Below are positions 8,038 to 15,659 of a DNA stretch of 29,870 nt, in pieces. How positions within the stretch are numbered: the stretch's first letter is position 1; every line of letters starts with the position of its first letter. The notes under the pieces were generated by a model that was not told where the DNA came from, did not search any database, and worked only from the letters and a program-made list of their open reading frames with translations. Source of the DNA: a virus (lineage: Duplodnaviria > Heunggongvirae > Uroviricota > Caudoviricetes); the IMG/VR virus record IMGVR_UViG_2703718835_000002, positions 1-29,870 of that record. The stretch is one strand, 5' to 3'. Position numbers and translations under genes: made by a program.

Positions 8038-8241
8038 TCAGTCCCATAGCTGGACGGTCTGCACGGTGGTGGTTGTCGGAATGTCCGGCAGCTCCACCTG
8101 CAGCCCGTGAGGTAAAAAGGGGCCGTATTCGGCAAGCCCCGGATTTGCCTTCAGTACCTGCTCCGTGACACCCTGCGTGCGCCCGTAATAACGCCAGCAA
8201 AGCGCGTCCACCGTGTCATACTGATGCGCACGCACTTTCAT
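8038..8241 (-). CDS. X: Tail protein X (LysM-like)
   Basis: 67 aa; MKVRAHQYDTVDALCWRYYGRT... resembles P2 gpX. Confidence 0.85.
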   Translation of the reverse strand: MKVRAHQYDTVDALCWRYYGRTQGVTEQVLKANPGLAEYGPFLPHGLQVELPDIPTTTTVQTVQLWD

Positions 8242-8705
8242 CAGATAAGCTCCACTGTGCAGTGCGGCGCATCCTGCACCCGGCTGATGGCCCAGCGGGC
8301 GTCACGCCACAAATCACCGCTTGCTTCCGCCAGTTCCTCGCCCCGCTTCACACCGGATGCCGTGGCGTCATAGTCCTGATAACGCTCGTTGAGCATGGCG
8401 CGTGCCCAGCAGTAAACCGCGTTGAAATAGTGATGAATGCGCTCACTTTTGCCGTCCAGCTGTTCCGCCGGAACCTCTGCCAGCGAGGCATATCCCAGCA
8501 TCTGCTGACGTCTGCGAAACTCATACAGCTCTGCGTTGACCTCCGAAATTGCCGACAGCGCAACCTGCTTTAAACGCGGCTGCGTCACCGTGCCGTCAGT
8601 GCGCATGACACAGCGAAACTCCGACAGGTCCACATCAGGCCAGAACGGCGTATTTCTGATGATTTCCGCCTGTTCCGGTGCCTGTTCTGGCGCAACAAAC
8701 TTCAT
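8241..8705 (-). CDS. L: Head completion/stabilisation protein gpL
   Basis: Start taken at MKFVAPEQ with SD AGGAG 8 nt upstream; ..HYFNAVYCWARAML.. conserved. Confidence 0.85.
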   Translation of the reverse strand: MKFVAPEQAPEQAEIIRNTPFWPDVDLSEFRCVMRTDGTVTQPRLKQVALSAISEVNAELYEFRRRQQMLGYASLAEVPAEQLDGKSERIHHYFNAVYCWARAMLNERYQDYDATASGVKRGEELAEASGDLWRDARWAISRVQDAPHCTVELI

Positions 8706-8800
8706 GCTGCTTTCTCCTGAAATAGAGGGCGGTGGACGGGATTTTGATGTGGCAGTGCCTTTCGCCACCCCGTGCCGCCCGTGCGCGGGGGCACGTTCTG

Positions 8801-9451
8801 TCAGCGGCTGTCATTGCGCAGTCTGCGCTCCAGCTGCTGTTTGTCTTTTTTCACGCCACAGCGGGGATCGAGCTGTAACGCATGGTTGAGATGATTAAGG
8901 GCGGAAGCCGGATTGCTTTCACTCAGGACAGCGCCAATCGCTTTATGCAGACGCGCCCGTGACTGGTCCGGCATATCCAGACCGTCTGTCAGCTCCAGCG
9001 TCTGCAGCAACAGATCGGCATCAAAGTCGGTGGCGGCAAGCATTGCGCTCTGCGCTGCATCTGCCATTTCCTCTGCCAGCACGGTCTGCACGTTGCGGTT
9101 ACCCAGCGGCATCACCCAGCCATGACGCAGGGCATGACGCCCGATCTCCAGCGCCCCGGCATAATCTCCGGCATCAATGCGCCACAGCATCACGTACATC
9201 AGCACGTCATCCTGTTGAGCGCCTCCGGCAGCCAGGACGCCCTCCGCCCAGGCGGCGTACTTCGGCAGCAGCTCCACCTTGATTTCCGCTTTTTTGACCG
9301 TGGACTGAACGCCCTTGAGACGGCGGCGGTCTTCCGCCAGTTGCAGCAGCATCAGGTCATAGCCCGATGCGTGGCGAACACTGCCGCCCTCGCGGGCGGC
9401 CTGTTCAGCCTGAACGCGCAGGCGATGCTGCCGTGCGGGACTCAGGCTCAT
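8801..9451 (-). CDS. M: Terminase endonuclease (small) subunit gpM
   Basis: 216 aa; synteny N-M-L; ..LMLLQL..D...LK...S...KA.IK..LLP.Y..W.. matches P2 M as recalled. Confidence 0.9.
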   Translation of the reverse strand: MSLSPARQHRLRVQAEQAAREGGSVRHASGYDLMLLQLAEDRRRLKGVQSTVKKAEIKVELLPKYAAWAEGVLAAGGAQQDDVLMYVMLWRIDAGDYAGALEIGRHALRHGWVMPLGNRNVQTVLAEEMADAAQSAMLAATDFDADLLLQTLELTDGLDMPDQSRARLHKAIGAVLSESNPASALNHLNHALQLDPRCGVKKDKQQLERRLRNDSR

Positions 9452-9454
9452 GGA

Positions 9455-10513
9455 TTACGCTCCGGTTTCGGCTGCGGCGGCGCTGAAATCACCAATCTGG
9501 ATGTTTTCCACCAGTGCGGCGCAGCGGTAGTCCTCAACCACATAGGCTTCGTTAACGGATTCAAAGTTTTCAATCCGGTCACGTTTCGGGTTGTCGATAA
9601 CTGAACGGCGGCGGGTGTCTTCCTGCCAGTAGATGGACAGGTTATCCAGACGGGTGATCAGCAGCGCATTCGGCGGGAAGAACGGCGCACGCACGGCCTG
9701 CAGGCCACCCATGCGTTTCTGACTGATGATCATATCGGCAGCCAGTTTTTCACTGTTTTCCTGCTCTTTGTTGACCAGCGGGAAATACTTGTCAGACAGC
9801 AGTTCACGACCGCAAATCACCACCAGATCGTCATCGTCCTGATAGACCACGTCGATAAGCTCATTAACGGCATCCATCACCACGGCGTCCAGGTTGGCAT
9901 ATTCGCCACCTTTCCCGACTTTCACCGCACCCGGTGTGGTTTCACCGCCCGTGGTGGTGCTGCCCATGACGTGATCCGGTGCATCCTCACGGATTTTCTG
10001 CAGCCAGCCTTTATTCACATCCTGCAATAACGGGTTTTCGCTACGGTTGGAGGTTTTCGCACGCTTCACGCCGTTAAAGCCGATCATGATGCGGTCCAGT
10101 GCCTGACGTTTCACGATGGCGTCACGGATACGCACCTGAAAATCCTGAAACTTCGCCCACAGGTCCAGCTTCGCGTAGGTCAGTACCGTGTCAAAGTTGG
10201 TCTGCTCGCATTTATATTCCACATCGACCATCAGCGTCGGATCGACAGGTTCACGCTCTTTCGCGGTGGTATCAGTGGTTCCGGCAATGGTGCTGCCAAC
10301 TCCCAACCCCAGCAGCTGACCGGACTGCTCAGTCACTGGCGTGACGTTAATCAGCGTCAGGAAAGCGGCGGACTGCTGGATCTGGTCTTCCAATGTCTGC
10401 TGCACGGACGGCTCTACGGTGAACTTGCTGGACAGTTCTTCAACTGCCACACCGTTCAGACGCGCCAGTTGCTGCAGGTAAGCGTTAAAAGCAAAGCGGG
10501 TATTCTTCTTCAT
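9455..10513 (-). CDS. N: Major capsid protein gpN
   Basis: 352 aa; strong resemblance to the P2 N capsid precursor; synteny O-N-M. Confidence 0.95.
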   Translation of the reverse strand: MKKNTRFAFNAYLQQLARLNGVAVEELSSKFTVEPSVQQTLEDQIQQSAAFLTLINVTPVTEQSGQLLGLGVGSTIAGTTDTTAKEREPVDPTLMVDVEYKCEQTNFDTVLTYAKLDLWAKFQDFQVRIRDAIVKRQALDRIMIGFNGVKRAKTSNRSENPLLQDVNKGWLQKIREDAPDHVMGSTTTGGETTPGAVKVGKGGEYANLDAVVMDAVNELIDVVYQDDDDLVVICGRELLSDKYFPLVNKEQENSEKLAADMIISQKRMGGLQAVRAPFFPPNALLITRLDNLSIYWQEDTRRRSVIDNPKRDRIENFESVNEAYVVEDYRCAALVENIQIGDFSAAAAETGA

Positions 10514-10529
10514 CAGGTTTTGTGCTCCA

Positions 10530-11363
10530 TCAGCAATTGGTCAGAGTGTCAGCGGGGGCGTTACCGCCTGTTGCACGCTGGCGGTAGTCCTGGCGGCTGT
10601 CTTCTTGGCTCAGCTTGTCCACCAGTTCGTTAAAGGCGGTCTGCTGTGCCTGCAGGGCAGTCTCCAGCTCAGACAGGCGTTCTTCCTGCTCAGACAGGGA
10701 TTTTTCGGTGCGCGCACTCAGGTTCTGCTGCTCAGTGGCGACCAGTTCCACGGCCTTATGCACATCAGAGAACCGGGCGTCATCGGACTGCTCTTTTTTG
10801 GTGAACAGCGCCGTGACACGGGCAAACAGGGACGGTTTGTCATCCTGGATTTCTTCCAGTTCGATCACCGTTTCCTCTGCAGCGGTAAAAAGATTGGCGG
10901 GATTCTGCTTGCGGTTTGCCAGCGGGTTATGGGCTGCACTGGCGCTGAATGTCAGCATTTCAGTGCCCAGACTGGCAGGGTCATCAGTGGCAGCCAGGCC
11001 GACCAGGTAGGCTTTGCCCGTATCAGCAAACTTCGGGCTGACTTCCATAGAGGTGAATAATTTCTGGCCTTTTTTCACCAGTTCCACCAGGGATTCCGTT
11101 GGCTCAACGTCGGCATACAGCGCCATCTTGCCTGCCAGCGGACCTTCCGTGATTTCTTCAGCAAACAGCGCCGTCACCTTGCCGTAGCGGTTAAAGGTGC
11201 TGTCCGGCAGATAAGACTTGATGTGCTCAAGGTTAATCAGCGCGGTATACACCGCCGGGTTGTAGCTGGCTGCCATCTGTTCCAGCCATTCACGCTGGAT
11301 TTCGCGTCCGTCGGTAGTGGCACCTTCCACCCCGATGCGAAAACGCTTTGCTTTCACTGTCAT
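10530..11363 (-). CDS. O: Capsid scaffolding protein gpO
   Basis: 277 aa with an acidic, coiled-coil-rich C-terminal half typical of scaffold; divergent from P. Confidence 0.9.
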   Translation of the reverse strand: MTVKAKRFRIGVEGATTDGREIQREWLEQMAASYNPAVYTALINLEHIKSYLPDSTFNRYGKVTALFAEEITEGPLAGKMALYADVEPTESLVELVKKGQKLFTSMEVSPKFADTGKAYLVGLAATDDPASLGTEMLTFSASAAHNPLANRKQNPANLFTAAEETVIELEEIQDDKPSLFARVTALFTKKEQSDDARFSDVHKAVELVATEQQNLSARTEKSLSEQEERLSELETALQAQQTAFNELVDKLSQEDSRQDYRQRATGGNAPADTLTNC

Positions 11364-11441
11364 GAGCCGTGCTCCGTTAGAAAAAACTTACTGGAGCCTT
11401 ATGGTTGCGGTGATGGGGGCAGTGAAACAATGCGCGGTATT

Positions 11442-11459
11442 TGTACCGACAACCACACA
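11442..11459. promoter_or_regulatory. TGT-N12-ACA late-activator dyad in the O-P divergent late promoter region
   Basis: TGTaccgacaaccacACA, centred about 55 nt upstream of the P start codon in the 142-bp O/P intergenic region. Confidence 0.45.
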
Positions 11460-11505
11460 AACCGCAGGCGGGGAAAGCCTTCATTCAAGGCTGTAGGTTT
11501 GTGCC

Positions 11506-13272
11506 ATGAACACCACACTGACACCCGCAGATCTCGATCCCCGTCGGCAGGCCATGCTGCTCTACTTTCAGGGATACCGCGTAGCCCGCATTGCTGAAAT
11601 GCTGGGCGAGAAAGTTGCAACCGTTCACAGCTGGAAAAAACGCGACAAGTGGGGTGACTATGGGCCGCTGGATCAGATGCAGCTCACCACCGCCGCACGC
11701 TACTGCCAGCTCATTATGAAGGAGCACAAAGAAGGGAAAGATTTCAAAGAGATTGACCTGCTGGCGCGCCAGTCGGAACGCCACGCGCGGATCGGCAAGT
11801 TTAACAATGGCGGCAACGAAGCCGACTTAAACCCTAACGTTGCCAACCGCAACAAAGGCCCGCGCCGTCAGCCGGAAAAGAATGTTTTCACCGATGAGCA
11901 GATTGAGAAGCTGGAAGAAATCTTCCATTCCTCCATGTTCAACTACCAGCGCCACTGGTGGGAAGCCGGAAAAACCAACCGCATCCGCAACCTGCTGAAA
12001 TCACGCCAGATCGGCGCGACCTTTTACTTTGCCCGTGAAGCCCTGATTGACGCTCTGCTTACCGGACGTAACCAGATTTTCCTTTCCGCCAGCAAGGCAC
12101 AGGCCCACGTCTTTAAGCAGTACATCATCGACTTCGCCAAAGAAGTGGAAGTGGAGCTGAAAGGCGATCCGATGGTGCTTCCCAACGGGGCCACGCTTTA
12201 CTTCCTCGGCACCAATGCCCGCACGGCCCAGAGTTACCACGGCAACCTGTATCTGGATGAATATTTCTGGATACCGAAATTCCAGGAGCTGCGCAAAGTG
12301 GCTTCCGGTATGGCTATTCACAAAAAATGGCGACAAACCTATTTTTCCACGCCATCCAGCCTGACCCACAGTGCTTATCCGTTCTGGTCCGGTGCGCTGT
12401 TCAACCGTGGGCGCAACAAGGCCGACAAGGTGGACATCGACCTGTCCCACAGCAATCTGGCCCCCGGCCTGCTGTGCGCAGACGGGCAATACCGCCAGAT
12501 AGTCACCGTGGAAGATGCGGTGCGCGGCGGCTGTAACCTGTTCGACCTTGACCAGTTGCGCATGGAGTACAGCCCGGACGAATACCAGAACCTGCTGATG
12601 TGCGAGTTTGTGGACGATCTCGCGTCCGTGTTCCCGCTCAGCGAGCTGCAGGCGTGCATGGTGGACAGTTGGGAAGTCTGGACCGACTTTCATGCACTGG
12701 CTCTGCGCCCGTTTGGCTGGCGCGAAGTGTGGATCGGTTATGACCCGGCAAAAGGTACGCAAAACGGCGACAGCGCCGGATGCGTGGTGGTGGCACCGCC
12801 AGCCGTGTCGGGTGGTAAGTTCCGCATTCTTGAGCGTCACCAGTGGCGCGGGATGGACTTCCGCGCCCAGGCTGACGCGATCAAAAAACTGACCGAACAG
12901 TACAACGTGACCTACATCGGCATCGACTCGACCGGCGTCGGTCACGGGGTTTACGAGAACGTGAAAGCGTTTTTTCCAGCCGTCCGGGAGTTTGTCTACA
13001 ACCCCAACGTTAAAAACGCCCTGGTACTCAAAGCCTACGACATTATCAGTCACCGCCGTCTGGAGTTTGACGCCGGGCATACCGACATTGCGCAGTCCTT
13101 TATGGCAATCCGTCGTGCCACCACCGCCAGTGGCAACCGCCCGACCTATGAAGCCAGCCGCAGCGAAGAGGCCAGCCACGCCGATCTGGCCTGGGCAACA
13201 ATGCACGCACTGTTTAACGAACCGCTGCAGGGCGAGTCCGCCAATACCAGCAATATTGTGGAGATTTTTTGA
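11506..13272 (+). CDS. P: Terminase ATPase (large) subunit gpP
   Basis: 588 aa, P2 gpP-like throughout. Confidence 0.95.
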   Translation: MNTTLTPADLDPRRQAMLLYFQGYRVARIAEMLGEKVATVHSWKKRDKWGDYGPLDQMQLTTAARYCQLIMKEHKEGKDFKEIDLLARQSERHARIGKFNNGGNEADLNPNVANRNKGPRRQPEKNVFTDEQIEKLEEIFHSSMFNYQRHWWEAGKTNRIRNLLKSRQIGATFYFAREALIDALLTGRNQIFLSASKAQAHVFKQYIIDFAKEVEVELKGDPMVLPNGATLYFLGTNARTAQSYHGNLYLDEYFWIPKFQELRKVASGMAIHKKWRQTYFSTPSSLTHSAYPFWSGALFNRGRNKADKVDIDLSHSNLAPGLLCADGQYRQIVTVEDAVRGGCNLFDLDQLRMEYSPDEYQNLLMCEFVDDLASVFPLSELQACMVDSWEVWTDFHALALRPFGWREVWIGYDPAKGTQNGDSAGCVVVAPPAVSGGKFRILERHQWRGMDFRAQADAIKKLTEQYNVTYIGIDSTGVGHGVYENVKAFFPAVREFVYNPNVKNALVLKAYDIISHRRLEFDAGHTDIAQSFMAIRRATTASGNRPTYEASRSEEASHADLAWATMHALFNEPLQGESANTSNIVEIF

Positions 13273-14330
13273 TGGGAAAGAGTAAGAAGAACCGCGCTGC
13301 GTCGACGAACCAGATTCAGCATAAAAGCCAGACTTCAGCCGAAGCATTCAGCTTCGGTGATCCCGTTCCAGTACTTGACCGCCGCGAACTGCTGGACTAT
13401 GTGGAATGCGTACAGACAGATCGCTGGTATGAGCCGCCCGTCAGCTTTGACGGACTGGCGCGCACCTTCCGCGCCGCTGTGCATCACAGCTCCCCCATCA
13501 GTGTTAAGCGTGACATTATCAGCAGTACCTATATTCCGCATCGTCTTCTCAGTCAGCAGGCATTTACCCGTTTTGTGCAGGACTATCTGGTTTTTGGTAA
13601 CGGCTACCTGGAGAAGCGCACGAACCGTTTCGGTGAAGTTATTTCGCTGGAGCCTGCACTGGCAAAATACACCCGGCGCGGGCTTGACCTTGAAACATAC
13701 TGGTTTGTGCAATACAGCCTGACGACACAGCCGTATCAGTTCACAAAAGGTAACGTCTTCCACCTGATGGAGCCGGATATCAACCAGGAGATTTATGGTC
13801 TGCCAGGTTACCTTTCTGCCATTCCATCCGCCCTGCTCAACGAGTCCGCCACGCTGTTCCGCCGGAAGTATTACATTAACGGCAGCCATGCGGGCTTCAT
13901 CATGTACATGACCGACGCCGCGCAGAACCAGGAGGATGTGAACAACCTCCGCAACGCAATGAAAAGTGCCAAAGGTCCTGGTAACTTCCGTAACCTGTTT
14001 ATGTACTCGCCTAACGGCAAAAAGGACGGGCTTCAGATCATCCCGTTATCGGAGGTTGCGGCAAAGGATGAGTTTCTGAACATCAAGAACGTGAGCCGCG
14101 ATGACATGATGGCAGCGCACCGCGTACCGCCGCAGATGATGGGCATTATTCCCAACAATACCGGCGGCTTTGGTGATGTGGAAAAGGCCAGCCGCGTCTT
14201 TGTCCGCAACGAGCTGATGCCGCTGCAGAAGCGACTGCAGGAGCTTAACGACTGGCTGGGTGAAGAGGTGATCTGCTTCGAGCCTTATTCTTTACAACTT
14301 GATGAAAGTGCTGATAGCAACAGGGGGTAA
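13272..14330 (+). CDS. Q: Portal protein gpQ
   Basis: P2 Q-like; ATG at 13272 overlaps the P stop (TGATG); the ORF track begins at a TTG one codon earlier. Confidence 0.95.
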   Translation: MGKSKKNRAASTNQIQHKSQTSAEAFSFGDPVPVLDRRELLDYVECVQTDRWYEPPVSFDGLARTFRAAVHHSSPISVKRDIISSTYIPHRLLSQQAFTRFVQDYLVFGNGYLEKRTNRFGEVISLEPALAKYTRRGLDLETYWFVQYSLTTQPYQFTKGNVFHLMEPDINQEIYGLPGYLSAIPSALLNESATLFRRKYYINGSHAGFIMYMTDAAQNQEDVNNLRNAMKSAKGPGNFRNLFMYSPNGKKDGLQIIPLSEVAAKDEFLNIKNVSRDDMMAAHRVPPQMMGIIPNNTGGFGDVEKASRVFVRNELMPLQKRLQELNDWLGEEVICFEPYSLQLDESADSNRG

Positions 14331-14333
14331 TGT

Positions 14334-14696
14334 ATGGGATGGATCGGCGTTGATCTGGATGGCACGCTGGCGGTGTACCCGCCAGAGAGCGGGGCGCTAA
14401 TAGGTGATGCCATTCCCGGCATGGCGGAAAGGGTCCGCAAATGGCACAAGGATGATATTGAAGTACGAATTTTTACCGTCCGGGCTGGTTCGCGTGCCGG
14501 AGTGAAGCAAGTTAAAGCCTGGTTGAAAGCCAATGAACTGCCGGACCTGATGGTGACGAACGTTAAAGACAGCGGCATGGTGGAATTATGGGATGACAGA
14601 GCGATACGTGTTATCCGTAATACCGGTTCAGTATGCGCCGGTTGCAACGGCACATCGCAGTTCCACCACCATTCAGGAGATTTCACCAACTGCTGA
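14334..14696 (+). CDS. Hypothetical 120-aa protein with HAD-like motif I (VDLDGTL), coupled to Q
   Basis: ATG 3 nt after the Q stop, SD GGGGGT; N-terminal GWIGVDLDGTLA resembles the DxDGT phosphatase motif I, but the protein is short for a full HAD fold. Confidence 0.6.
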   Translation: MGWIGVDLDGTLAVYPPESGALIGDAIPGMAERVRKWHKDDIEVRIFTVRAGSRAGVKQVKAWLKANELPDLMVTNVKDSGMVELWDDRAIRVIRNTGSVCAGCNGTSQFHHHSGDFTNC

Positions 14697-14728
14697 GCCG
14701 GCAGGCATTCCGTTAACCATAACCTGAG

Positions 14729-14763
14729 CGCCTCAGCAGCATTCTGCGGGGCGCTTCTTTTTT
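14729..14763 (+). terminator. Rho-independent terminator after the P-Q-ORF120 operon
   Basis: GC-rich interrupted hairpin (GCGCC..GCAG-catt-CTGC..GGCGC) followed by TTCTTTTTT. Confidence 0.5.
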
Positions 14764-14850
14764 GCTGCCGCTCCCTCACCCTCACCGATTGAAGCCGCCA
14801 GCGTGCCGGAGATTGCGCCGGATTTTCACCATTTCACCCCGTTGCGCGCG

Positions 14851-14869
14851 CTCGTATCCCCGCCACGCC
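14851..14869 (-). other. Candidate cos cohesive-end site (P2/186-like 19-mer)
   Basis: Reverse complement GGCGTGGCGGGGATACGAG shares its first 13 nt with the P2/186 cohesive-end sequence as I recall it (GGCG.GGCGGGGAAAGCA.); located just beyond the portal gene as in P2. Confidence 0.35.
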
Positions 14870-14913
14870 TGCCCGCTTTATGTAGTGGTTTTCATGCACC
14901 TGCATGATCTACG

Positions 14914-14938
14914 CAAAAGCCCACCAGTTCTGGCGGGC
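14914..14938 (-). terminator. Rho-independent terminator for the leftward DinI-family operon
   Basis: Minus-strand GCCCGCC-agaact-GGUGGGC hairpin (one G.U pair) followed by UUUUG. Confidence 0.4.
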
Positions 14939-15073
14939 CTTAGCAAAAACGATCCTCAAACAATCATGCGATCTCATGCGGCATAGACATGCACTACAGA
15001 GCTAACGCCTCGCAAGGGTTCGTTGTTCAACCTTGCTGACGCCAGAAACAAGTTCAGACGCCAGCAACGTTTC

Positions 15074-15307
15074 TTAATGCAGCCAGCTGTCGTCTTCCCA
15101 CACCTTCTGCATAATTTTCATCACTTGCTTCCTTTCTTCGTCCAGTTGCAGTCCGGTCAGTTCCACACCGTTAGAGCTACCTTTGCGGATACGAATTACC
15201 GTTTTGGGATACAGGGGGCGCAGATTACGGTAAAGCTCGGATTCAAGGGCGTCCAGGGTAGACTGGCTAATCTTCTGCTCTTTATCGATCATTATTTCAA
15301 TGCGCAT
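15074..15307 (-). CDS. DinI-family protein (SOS-inducible; 186 Tum-like position)
   Basis: Start taken at MRIEIMIDKEQ with SD GAGGTGA; ..LDALESELYRNL...VIRIRKGSSNGVELTG...KQVMKIMQKVWEDDSW is DinI-like. Confidence 0.8.
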   Translation of the reverse strand: MRIEIMIDKEQKISQSTLDALESELYRNLRPLYPKTVIRIRKGSSNGVELTGLQLDEERKQVMKIMQKVWEDDSWLH

Positions 15308-15317
15308 AAAAGTCACC

Positions 15318-15506
15318 TCAGCTGATGACATCCATTGAGCGGTTGTATTCGTGGCTTCTGATTTTTGCCATGAGTTCATCAGTCAATTCAGAAACCCACT
15401 GCAGAGCCAGTCCCTTCTCTTCATCACTACACTCACTGGCCGCTACAAGCTTAAGAAAAAAATCAATGCGCTGGAGCTTCAAAGACTCCAAAAAATAGTC
15501 CTGCAT
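15318..15506 (-). CDS. Hypothetical 62-aa protein, first gene of the LexA-controlled operon
   Basis: Strong SD AGGAGG 5 nt before ATG; directly downstream of the LexA box. Confidence 0.55.
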   Translation of the reverse strand: MQDYFLESLKLQRIDFFLKLVAASECSDEEKGLALQWVSELTDELMAKIRSHEYNRSMDVIS

Positions 15507-15549
15507 CTTTCCTCCTATGACACCACACGCAATACTGTATGCATAACCA

Positions 15550-15565
15550 CTGTTTATAATTACAG
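15550..15565 (-). promoter_or_regulatory. LexA operator (SOS box) overlapping the promoter of the ORF62-DinI operon
   Basis: CTGT-ttataatt-ACAG is a perfect CTGT-N8-ACAG with AT-rich spacer, 40-55 nt upstream of the ORF62 start; TTTACA -35-like hexamer upstream on the minus strand. Confidence 0.7.
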
Positions 15566-15659
15566 TATATAATAATCTTACTGATGTAAAACGTTTTTTT
15601 ACGTTTATCAGCCTGATATGCCTGGTATTATTAAGAGCACGAATGGTTAACCATCGTAA

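Noticed and set aside
11465-11479. cos-like match GGCGGGGAAAGC in the O-P intergenic region as the real cos
   Set aside because: Wrong position relative to the portal gene (cos is expected beyond the 3' end of Q); kept only as a note under the cos finding.
12001-13347. 448-aa minus-strand ORF
   Set aside because: Antisense shadow of the terminase large subunit P.
15023-15325. 100-aa plus-strand ORF
   Set aside because: Antisense to the DinI-family gene, which has a proper SD and a LexA-controlled promoter.
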